56,126 nucleotides of DNA, from the IMG/VR virus record IMGVR_UViG_3300042988_000513, positions 1-56,126 of that record; one strand, 5' to 3'. The notes beneath the pieces were generated by a model. That model saw only the letters and a list, made by a program, of their open reading frames with translations, made no database searches and was not told the origin of the DNA. Origin of the DNA: a virus. Lineage: Duplodnaviria; Caudoviricetes. The position numbers and the translations under genes were made by a program. Position 1 is the first letter of the stretch. Each line of letters starts with the position of its first letter. This document shows, piece by piece, positions 7,895 to 17,800 of this stretch.

Positions 7895-10516
7895 CTACTT
7901 GCAGGCCGAAGCCCTGGCGTTCTTGCACTCGAGAACCTTGGAGACGTGGCCACCAAACGCGCTAGCGCCGGCAGCGGAGCCGCTACCGATGTACATGGTT
8001 CCGACGCTGGCGGGGCCCGTGCCACTGCCGCTAACCGTTGACGCCTGGAGAGCGCCATCCACGTACAGGCTAGGCGAGCTTCCGTCCCAGCAGCACAGCA
8101 GCGCCTTAGACGAGTTTGCGGCAAACGCCTGGGCAACTATGGCCTTCTTCTGGGTCGCCCCCGCGTCGTAGCTATCACAGACGAGGTTGTTCGAGGCGTC
8201 GAGCCCTAACGATAGCGAGTTGGCGCCTTCCGCCGTTCCTTGCGACAACAGCCAGCGCTTTGCTGACGTGCTCCAGTTTGGCGACGAGAACGTGCCCCCG
8301 ATGCAGCCCGGACCGGCCGCGCGCTGACTGGAGACGCTTGCGACTGTTACGGGCCTAGTCGTAAGCGTTCCAGCCTGGTAGATCGGAGGAGTTGCGTAGG
8401 AGCCGCGCTCGTTCTGCGCTCGCCACAGGTATACGGTTCCAGCTCCGTCGCCGTTGTAGTTAATTGAGCCGTCAACCTTGGACAGTCCGACGGTAACATA
8501 CGTGTTAGACGTGTTAGGCATTGTCTTCGTAAGCCCAACGCGACACCAATCTCCGCCAATGTCTTCTGCGAACGGTGTATTTCCGGACCCGGTTGTTCCA
8601 GCAGAACACGAAGACAGATCAAACCAAGTCCAAGACGTACCGTAGTCAATCGACAGGGCTATGATTGAAATAGTTCCAGCCTTGGCGTACACGGAGTATG
8701 TCATCGGCTCGGCAAATGGCGTATACAGATACGCGAGATATCTGTCGTACGTACCGGCGTCGTCTGTAACAAGCGAAGCGGAGCCCCCGTTTGGAGCAAG
8801 AGTAGTAGCCTCCGTAATTGTAACGTGTGACTTTGCTAGCCCACCTCCACTCCATTCGTACGGCTCGCTATATGGAGCCTCGTTCCTTCGCGCCGGCCAA
8901 ACTCCCGCCCCATACTGGCCGATAGCCGGAGTACCAGCAGCAACCGTGTAGCACGCACCGTCAGACACGGGGCACACGGTCTCCGTCGCAGCGCGAGTCC
9001 ACACTACCTTGAGCCCCGGGTCCGTCTTCGCCAGAAGGTACGACCTATAGAAGGCCACCATTTCACTAAGCTCATCAGCAGAGGCCGCAACCCCCTTCCA
9101 GAACGTGGCGCGCGAGATTCCTCCAGTGAACTTGTTCTGTCCCCCAATCAACAGGGGCCCGTCAGCGTCTGCCACAATTGACTTTGCTGACGTCGCAGGA
9201 GACGGGACGGTTGAGTCAACCTGCATGCGCATGACGCCGGTATCTCCGGCTCCGTATAGGTAGCTGGCGCAAAGAACGTGCCAGGTATTTAGCGCTACCG
9301 TTGACGCGCCAGAGTCAAGACGAGTAAACGAAGATCCGTCAGCCGCTCCGTGAACATAGAAGTAGGCCTGGTCACTGTTGTACCAAAGAGTGAACTGCAT
9401 GTGACCCGGATTTATGAACTTGCTAATAATGTCGGAGGCGGCAGCGGTTGGGTAGAACACCGTGCAGAACGTAAACGACGTAAGCGGGTCAACCGTATCG
9501 CCGGCGCTCCAGTAATCCGTTGATCCGTTTGTTACGGCCGAATATCCAGGGTAGTAGCTTGAGGTTGACGTAGTCTGTGCTCCGCCCTCCTTGCTAACGG
9601 ATAGCCCTGAGCACGCCAGGTCTCCGCCAGAGCTGGCAGCGACGCAGTCAACGGTAGGCGTTCCGGCCCTTGGCCATGCCGTAGATGCGATAGTCGGCTT
9701 GCTCGCGATCAGCGACTGGTAGCCAGCGACCATCTGCGCGAGCTGCGAGGCGGAGGCAACGCCAAGGCCCAGCGTTACTCGCTGGATTTCTCCATCCCAC
9801 CCGTCTCCACCCCAGCCGTACTGACCAATAAGAAGGGGCGCATTGGACGACTGTGCAGGCGAAATTGCCGTTGTGCTTGGGGTACCTACGGTCGTATTCG
9901 CTTGCAGCCTAATAATTCCGGAGCCGTCTCCACCCGACCCGTCGAATGTTCCGCATACTACATTCCATGCGTTGATGGATCCTGCGGCTGTTACAGTGGT
10001 GTATTCGGCATCTGTCTTGAATACTCTGAATAGAAAGCTTGTTCCATCGTACCTGAGATAGTACGACCTGCTTGTTCCTGCGCTTGGAGCATTTGCGTCC
10101 TTGGCAAATATTACTCCTGCCGCTGTAGGTCTGGCGACGGCGCAAAACCATAGAGACGTTGTAACGTCGGCAACGTCCCCAAGGTCCCAATAGTTTGAGT
10201 TGTTGCTAACAGTGTTTGATGTGAGTTGGGCGCCGGAGAATCCGCTAGGGTAGTATGGGCTGGCCGAAGTTGTAGGAGATCCCTGTTTGCTTGCCGTTGC
10301 GCCAGAACACGTGAATGCCCCGTCTGTGGCTGCGGCCGAGCAATCAATCGTAGGAGTCGGCGCCCCGCTCCAGCTGGAAGCTCCGCTAGTCGTCCAGTCG
10401 ATTTTTCCGACCACGGGAGGAGGCTGTCCGGGCGTGAGCTGCATCGACGTGTCGATGCTGTAACCCATCCCAGACAGCAGGAAGACCGCCGTCGCCGCAA
10501 CGATTAGTCGGCGCAT
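7895..10516 (-). CDS. Signal-peptide-bearing Cys-rich protein with LamG/concanavalin-like domains
   Basis: Likely start ATG at 10516 (MRRLIVAATAVFLLSGMG); duplicated module ending W.VVCG/W.VLCA..PLLIG; phage head-spike-like T.SVYAKAG..WCRV..AQNE segment; third LamG-like C-terminus. Confidence 0.75.
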   Translation of the reverse strand: MRRLIVAATAVFLLSGMGYSIDTSMQLTPGQPPPVVGKIDWTTSGASSWSGAPTPTIDCSAAATDGAFTCSGATASKQGSPTTSASPYYPSGFSGAQLTSNTVSNNSNYWDLGDVADVTTSLWFCAVARPTAAGVIFAKDANAPSAGTSRSYYLRYDGTSFLFRVFKTDAEYTTVTAAGSINAWNVVCGTFDGSGGDGSGIIRLQANTTVGTPSTTAISPAQSSNAPLLIGQYGWGGDGWDGEIQRVTLGLGVASASQLAQMVAGYQSLIASKPTIASTAWPRAGTPTVDCVAASSGGDLACSGLSVSKEGGAQTTSTSSYYPGYSAVTNGSTDYWSAGDTVDPLTSFTFCTVFYPTAAASDIISKFINPGHMQFTLWYNSDQAYFYVHGAADGSSFTRLDSGASTVALNTWHVLCASYLYGAGDTGVMRMQVDSTVPSPATSAKSIVADADGPLLIGGQNKFTGGISRATFWKGVAASADELSEMVAFYRSYLLAKTDPGLKVVWTRAATETVCPVSDGACYTVAAGTPAIGQYGAGVWPARRNEAPYSEPYEWSGGGLAKSHVTITEATTLAPNGGSASLVTDDAGTYDRYLAYLYTPFAEPMTYSVYAKAGTISIIALSIDYGTSWTWFDLSSCSAGTTGSGNTPFAEDIGGDWCRVGLTKTMPNTSNTYVTVGLSKVDGSINYNGDGAGTVYLWRAQNERGSYATPPIYQAGTLTTRPVTVASVSSQRAAGPGCIGGTFSSPNWSTSAKRWLLSQGTAEGANSLSLGLDASNNLVCDSYDAGATQKKAIVAQAFAANSSKALLCCWDGSSPSLYVDGALQASTVSGSGTGPASVGTMYIGSGSAAGASAFGGHVSKVLECKNARASACK

Positions 10517-10518
10517 GG

Positions 10519-11748
10519 TTATTGGACCGGGCAGACGTTCCAGACGGCCGTGCCCGTATACGCGCAACACGAGAAGATCGGCACCCCACCGTCTGCGTAT
10601 GCCTGGGGCCGGAAGGGCTCGGTCGTGGCCTCGTTCTGGACCATGTTGCCGGCAGTTGTAAACGAGGTGCAGGCCCCGCCGTTATTGATAGCAATGGCGC
10701 TGGTGCTAGTAACGGCGCTGCGGTAGGTCGTGCCGGCCGCCAGCGTGACAACGCCACCGTCGCCAACGGTCGAGCAGGAGGTGGTAACGCAGCTGCCAGT
10801 AGTCGGGCTGTAGCCGCTGGAGTTGGCGCCGCTTATGCCGGTAATCACGCCGGAAGAAACAATCGGGTTGGACGACGTGCCAAGCGCGCCGCCATCAGGA
10901 GCCCCATCGGAGAGCTGAACAATGGAGTGCCCGAACTCGTTCGAGGCGGCCCAGACAGCCGTGGTACCGTCCACCCTGGAGATCAGCTTGACCTTGGCCG
11001 AGATGTCGTCCTGTATGTCGATGGGCATGCGCTCGACAACGCCGCCGTCCGGGGTGGCGATGTAGACTCGCTGCGGAGTGGCGAACGTAACAGCCCCAGA
11101 GACGGGGAACGGGCCTTCCACAACTCCACCGTCCGGAGTGGCGATAAAGAACGACTGGTTGGACACGCCAACCGTGCCAGATGCCGTAACGCTACCGCTG
11201 ACGGTAACGGAGCCGCTTACCGGGAACGGGCCCTCGACCACGCCGCCATCGGGGGTTGCCAGGAAGAACGACTGGTTACTGACGCTAACGCTCCAGGGAC
11301 CCTCTTGAACGCCACCGTCCGGCGTTGCAAGGAAGAAGCTTTGGTTGGACACCGCAACAGTGCCGGAGGCGGTAACACTTCCGCTGATGGGGAACGGCCC
11401 CTCGACGATGCCACCGTCCGGAGTCGCAAGCCAGACAGACTGGTGCGCCCCGATAGTCACTTCACCGGCGACGGGCAGCGGATATGGCATCGCTCCGCCA
11501 TCAGGAGCCAGGAGCTTGCTCGACACAAACCCGCTAATCGAGGTGGTAGCAGTGCCGCTGACCTCGACCTCGAGCTGACCCGCATCGTTCACGCGCATCG
11601 GCCTGGCGACGCTACCGCCAGTAAGGCCGTACTGCGGCACCTTCCCGGAACCAGGAAGGCTAGCAGCATCAACGACTTGCGGAATCGCTACATAGGCAAC
11701 AGCGCACAGCGTAAGACCAGCAAGAGCAAGGGCCCGGATTCGGGACAT
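10519..11748 (-). CDS. Signal-peptide-bearing PDGG-repeat protein
   Basis: MSRIRALALAGLTLCAVAYVA N-terminus; repeated (F/L/I)ATPDGG.VEGP; Cys-rich C-terminus; AAGGAGG RBS. Confidence 0.8.
   Translation of the reverse strand: MSRIRALALAGLTLCAVAYVAIPQVVDAASLPGSGKVPQYGLTGGSVARPMRVNDAGQLEVEVSGTATTSISGFVSSKLLAPDGGAMPYPLPVAGEVTIGAHQSVWLATPDGGIVEGPFPISGSVTASGTVAVSNQSFFLATPDGGVQEGPWSVSVSNQSFFLATPDGGVVEGPFPVSGSVTVSGSVTASGTVGVSNQSFFIATPDGGVVEGPFPVSGAVTFATPQRVYIATPDGGVVERMPIDIQDDISAKVKLISRVDGTTAVWAASNEFGHSIVQLSDGAPDGGALGTSSNPIVSSGVITGISGANSSGYSPTTGSCVTTSCSTVGDGGVVTLAAGTTYRSAVTSTSAIAINNGGACTSFTTAGNMVQNEATTEPFRPQAYADGGVPIFSCCAYTGTAVWNVCPVQ
11030..11520 (-). repeat. Coding tandem repeats encoding ATPDGG(V/I)(V/Q)EGP units
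   Basis: Six PDGG units, five of them ATPDGG, visible in protein and DNA. Confidence 0.85.
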
Positions 11749-11785
11749 GGGGAGGCCTCCTTACAGGCTAGGCTCTCCCCGGATC

Positions 11786-11799
11786 GCCGCAAGCTATAC
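11786..11799 (-). promoter_or_regulatory. Conserved late-promoter-like motif GTATAGCTTGCGGC (copy 3)
   Basis: Identical to 32738-32751, 13/14 to 38606-38619; intergenic, upstream of 11748. Confidence 0.7.
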
Positions 11800-11802
11800 T
11801 GG

Positions 11803-14800
11803 CTAGTCGCTCAGCGGCCTAAGCGGATTCAGAGGCTGGTTGTCGCGCTTGCCGTACAACAGGCCCTCAATGAACTCTACAGGCTCGTCAACGACCTCAA
11901 ACTCTCCTTCCATGAGGTAGTCGGCCATCCTGACGTTCTGCACGCCAAGCCCGAGCGACCCGGCAGCCCGGAGCCACGCCTTGGAGGCCCTATCTTGGTC
12001 GTCTCCGTTCTTGGACTCGTTGACGGCCTCCCAGAATGAATAAATAGCGGCAACGCCAGGGGATGCCCTTGGAGACATCTTTCTTGGGCTCAAGCCAGAC
12101 TCGGCAATTGGGCCAACGATTGGAACGGTAAGTAGCGGAGCCATGGCCGTTTTCCGCAGGAACCAGTTGCGGTAGCGCTCCCAGTCGTCGTCTCCGTCCT
12201 CCGGCTCCGGCCCTCGACCGCTCAACCACTCTGACAATGGACCGTAGATCATGGCCATGGCAATCCCCGTAGCGACGGCCTTGGCGACCTGCTTTGCGGC
12301 CTCCTTGCCCTTTATGTGGCCGGTCGAAGCCAGGTAGACAACGTGGGCCAACTCGGCGTTGCGCTGGAAGGCCCTATTGAAGAATCCTCCCATGAACACG
12401 ATCATGCCAACTGCACCCTTATCCCTGAGAAGGGCCGACTTCTCGTAGCCGTACTTGGGCGGAACCCACCTACTGGCCTTGTCCTCCGCGAAGTCAACTG
12501 CAATCCGATCCATGTCATCAACCGACAGGTCGGTGCGCCCGGCCAACTCCTTGAGCTTGATTCGATACGCCGCCAGCCACGCCGGCCGAAGGACAGCCTT
12601 CTCAATGGCTTCGGCGACTACATATCCGTATTTCTTCTGGAATGTCATGTACGGGTTGTTGGCAAACGACATTCCAGCAAAGGCGCGGTTGATCTCGTCG
12701 GACAGTTCGCGCGACCATCCCTCTTTGCGGCTACGCATCCATCCAGACTTCTGGTCGATGAAGTTCCCCCAGTAGCCCCAGCCGCCTGCAACATCCTTGA
12801 TTGCCATAGCGTAGTCGGTCTTGCTTAGGCCGAACGAGTTCAGGACGATGCCTGGCGTATCGCCGAAGAACGTCTTAAAGTTGAAGGCCATGATTTGAAG
12901 GCCAAGTCCGGCCTTGGCCATCCGAAGGGCCCTGGCGATAGTAAAGGCTCCATGCGTCATGACCTCCATATTCCTATCGTTGCCAATGTCCTTCAGCCAC
13001 GGCAGGAACTGACGCTGCCACTCGGTACCCAGGCGCTCCTTGAACTCGCGCTGCAGGTCGGAGTCTAGCAGCAGACGGCTGACGCTCATTAGCGGCTCGC
13101 GGAAGGCGATATCGTGAGCGGCCTGGGAGATGTGAGCCTGGAACACGGACGGATCCAGCGCAATCACATCGGCAAAGTTCTCGGCGCGTGACTTTGTGTT
13201 CGAGTGAGACGTGTGCGCAGTGCTATAGGACTGGTCAAGCACGTCTGCCGCATACTCGACGGCTTGGCGCTCGGCCACAGAAGAGTTTCCGCGACGGTCG
13301 TACACGGCCGGGATGTACCCGCCGCGATACGTTCCGTGCCTGGTAACAATCTGGCGGGCCTCGATCTCGTCCGGCCTGATGCCAGACACGCGCTCTTCAA
13401 CGTCAAAGGCGAGCGGCTTTAGCGCCTCGTTGGCGTCCCAAATTGACTGGACCCAGTCCCACTCTTCCTTGGTCAAAGCATACGGCCCGTCAAGCAACGC
13501 ATTCCACACCTCGGCCTCGGTAATGCCCCTACCCTTGGTCAGGCGATCCATGTTGCTTGAGTTTCCAGAGTTGGCAGCCATCATAAGAAGCTCAAAGCGC
13601 TTTGTCGGCGCCTTGATGTCGGCAGAGCCATCTGACCTAGCGCCACTTCTGTGCGTTGGGAACAGCTTATTCCCGTCGATGCTGTCGCCAAGATGCCGCT
13701 TAACCTTATCTGGCATCCTGTCCATCGCGTCCAGGATGCTCTTGCAGGCCCCGTTAATCAGGTCGTTCTCGCGGGCCTGGGCTTCCTTGAGCGGCTTGAA
13801 GATTGCCCGGTTAAGCCAGGACTCTGACCAGTTGTTTCCGGCCGCGAAGCCAAGCTTTGTCCGTGCCTCAAGCGCGTCCCCTGCCATCTTGCGGAGCGTC
13901 GGCTTCCTTCCCTCGGTTGGAGTCGAACTTGACAGCGTAGGGCGCATCGGCAGAGCGGCGCGGATCTCGTTTGTGATGCGCGCCTTGATCTCGTCCTTCT
14001 CGTACTTCTTGCCGTCAACGATGGTTGTCTCTGCGTTTCTGAACGCCTGCTGGAACTGCTTGAGGGCTGTAAGAGCGTTACGCATTTCTCCAACAGACAG
14101 CACGCGCATGTCTCTCGGCTTGTACAGAATCATCGCCAGAGCATCGGCGTCGAACTTGGCAACGATTCCCTCGTTCTGCTCCATGGCGCGAACGGCCTCA
14201 TGGATCGAGTGCGGCTGCTTGTCGCGCTCCTGGGGCTCGGCTAGATTCAGAGCCTCAAAGATCGTCTCGATTGCGTCGCGATACGCAACAGCGGCTTTGG
14301 CGGCGTTTGTTGGCTTTCCGTTCTCGTCCCTGGCGGCAGCAGCCTTTCCCATGCGCGACTGCCACCTGTCGCCAGCCATGTCCTCGGCAATTTTCAGAAC
14401 CCGGTCAAAGTCGTCCTTTGCATCCTCCAGCTCCCTCGCAAGGTAGAAGTTTAGCAGTTGCTGCTGCTTAGCGAAGACGGCCCGCTCCACGTCACCCTTG
14501 GCTGCCGCCTCCATGGCACGCTTGGCAGCCATCCGCTCCGCCTGACGAGCCCGGCCAACGTTGATGGCGCCAGCCTGGGCGTCGTTCGCCAGCTCTCGCG
14601 CCGCACGCTTGATGGACTCGAGCGGGACAGACGGCTTGCCTGGACGCGCCTTGCGCTCAAGAGCGCGCCACTCCGCGATAAGCCAATCAGCCGTATGGTC
14701 TCCGTGCAGGCCCTTGGAGACCTCGGCCGCCAGGGCGTCCCTGTCCGTCAGCATCGGCCCTAAGCGCTCCTCGAGAATCGCCTTGCTTCGCGCCGCAACA

Positions 14801-17800
14801 TAACTATCCCTATCGGGATGATTTTCCAGCGCGTCTGCCATCGCCTTCCCGTCAGGGAATCCCAGAACTCCGGCCATCTCGTCGAGCGAGGGGCCTTCCT
14901 CGCCGGGTCCGCGCCATAGCCCAGATGGCGGACGAATCTCGGCCCCTGACTGCGCCTTGCCCTTCTTGGCCGGCTCATCCTTTGGGGCCGGAGGCATACG
15001 CTCGACGCCATCGAATAGCACGTCCTCTGCGAACTCGAGCGTAGCAGGCTTCTCGAACATCGTGGCCTGACGCGGATCGACTGCGGCAACCGACGCCCAG
15101 CGCTTGAACGCCTCAGAAACCTTCTTCTGCGTGGCTCCGTCGAGAAGCGAAGCCATGGTCCTGGCATCGTCTCCGAATACGGTAGCTTCCCCGAACAGTC
15201 CGGGCTGACGAAGCAGATCCTGCAGCGACAGCTTGCGCCGCTTGGCGTCGGCCAGCAAGTCCATGGCCTGCTGTACCGTCTCAATCTCGTCAAGCGCACC
15301 ATTAATTCCGGCCACCCGGATCAGGTGTGGAACGGCCCGCTCAATCTTCTTTAGAAGCTCGGGAGCGGCAGCAGCAAGCCTATCTCCGGTTCCAACGACA
15401 CGCCCCAGGAACATGCCCTCAATTCGGTCCTTGGCCTCGTCGGTTAGATTTCCCCCGGCAAGCCACTGTGCCTGGTTCTGGTCGGTAACTATTCCGTCTC
15501 GTCGCAGAATCTTGGCGATGTCCTGCGGCCTGTCGCGCATTGCGTCGCGCAACGAGGAGTCATCCGACAGGAGCCCGGCAAGGTCCTGAACGCTATCCGA
15601 AGACAGCATGCGAGCCTCGGCAACAGCCTTGGCCCTTGGAGACAGTGCCTGCGTCATGCCCTCGTTAAAGCGCCGAACGGCGGCCTGTAGATCCGACTTA
15701 GGAGCATCGGAAGACACGCCGTCGATAACGCGCACCAGGACCGGAGCGTCCATCCTGGCGATTTCCTTGGCCGACATGCCGAAAGATGACGCCCGGTCAA
15801 TCAGCGCAGACCTGTAGGCCTCGAGCTGCTCCTTGTTGGAGAAGCCTCGCAGCATCATCATTGACCGGCCGTTTCCGCCAAGAACGAGATGTTTCTTGCC
15901 GGACGTGACGAGCGGCGGGCCATCCACGGCAGACGGAGTATTAGCGAGCAGGAGCGAGGGATTAAGCGCCTGGGCGCCAGAAACAACCTTGGCCTGCTCC
16001 TCGGGCTGGCGATGATACTCGCGTTCCTGGACTTCGGCGGGATAACCTTTGGTCGGCTGGAACGTAGTCGGGCTGTGGGACGGAAGCAGATCCTTGGCTT
16101 CGATGACCTTGTAGGTGGCCGCCTCTCCGGACTTGTTCTGTGGAGTAATGACGGAAGTCGAGCGCGAGCCGCGCTTTCCGCGTCTAGCCAGGCGCTTCTC
16201 GGCAATGGCGTCTCTAAGTTTCTCCTCTATCGCTGCGGCGGCCTCCTCTCCGACAGACTCAACAACGTCCTGACGGTCAAGCTTGCCGGCTTCAATTGCA
16301 GAGCCGTCTTCTCCGATAACGCGCCCGGTCTTGACATACTCGGCGGCGCGAGTCTCCGGAAGCGCATCAAACTCCTTCGCGGCCTCGGCCACCGCCGAAG
16401 CCTCGTGAGGCCTAAGATTCTCGTTGGCCTCTCGAAGCTCCGCCTTCAGCTCGCGCAACCGGGCAGCCAGCTCCGCCTTGGAGTGCGCGGCTTCCTGGGC
16501 TTCGAGATACGCCTGCCACTCGCCGGGCTGCATTCCGGCCTCTTCCGGCGAGCGGAACATGGGACGCATGCCGGCCTCGTCCTTGGCGGCCTCGATCTCC
16601 TCGTCTGTCGCAAGCATCCGGTCGAAGACGGCTCGGACCTCGTCGTTAAGACCGGCGTCTTTCAGCGACCCATAGATGCGCTTGAGCCAGTTGCTGAAGC
16701 GCTTGAATGCGCCCTTGAGAGACAGCGACGGAGCCTTCCCCTCTAACAGGTACGCCTCGAACAGCTTCGCGAACTTCTCGTGCTGCTCGGTCCCGACTTC
16801 CGCCCTTGACTGAACTCCGAACTCTCGGAGAATGGTCGCGTAGTCGTCCTTGATCTGCTGCGGAGCGTCGGCGCGCTCGCTCAGGTCTCCAAGCATCTCC
16901 AGGTAGATGTGGCCGCTTTCATGGAGGAACGTAGAGAGATCGCTGTTCTTCTTCAGGAAGACGTTGCTGATCAACTGCCCGGCCTTGCGCACGAACTGGA
17001 CGTAACCGCGAGAGTCAGACTCCTTGCCCTCGTAGTACGTCTTGATGTCGCGGATCTCGTTCTCGTCCCAGATGACGAAGTTGTAATTGCCCTCGCCGGA
17101 GCCTCGTGAGTTGCCGTCCAGGTAGCGCAGTCCGGGGATTCCAACTTTGTTCAGCGCCTCGGATGCAGCCTGCTCGTTTCCCCATCGCTCGGAAAGGGCC
17201 CGATAAACCATGGCCCCGGTCGCCTCTTCGGACTCGACTCGCTCACCGTTTGCCAGCCTAATTTTCTCCCGTCCAGATTCGTCGTCGATACGAACAGCGA
17301 GTCCTGCTTCTCGAAGCGCCTTGAGCACCGAAGGCGGCTGCTCAGCCATCGGCCTGTCGTAGTCCAGCAGCCGGTCGCTCTCTGGCACGTCAACGGAGTA
17401 GAGTTGGCCCTGCGCGTCTTGGATCTGGTCAACGGTCGTGCGGTCTGCTAGCGCCTTGGCATTGCCCCACAGTCTGACCATTGCCTCCGCGTCGGCAAGG
17501 TCTAACTCCGATCCGACCTTGGTTACCGAAACTGGGTTGTTCGCTACCTTATCGTATCGCTCCTTAGCCCTCTTGTACTCGCGATCAGCCTTGAGCCGAG
17601 CCTCAAGCAGGGCGTCACCCTTGCTGGCGCCACTGTTTAGCTGAGTGTGCAGCTCTTGCGTAAAGTAGTTGTGATTCGGACCATAGGTGCGCTCGCCATC
17701 ATTTATAACCGGTGCGCGATTCGCCAGTGTCTTTCGGTAGAACTCGCCGACGGCCTTATCGCCAGCGAAGTACATGCCCCAGCCGTAGGCCTGGGCGCCC

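Noticed and set aside
1580-11748. Diversity-generating retroelement as in BPP-1
   Set aside because: No reverse transcriptase and no TR/VR pair differing only at adenines; shared modules are diverged at all bases
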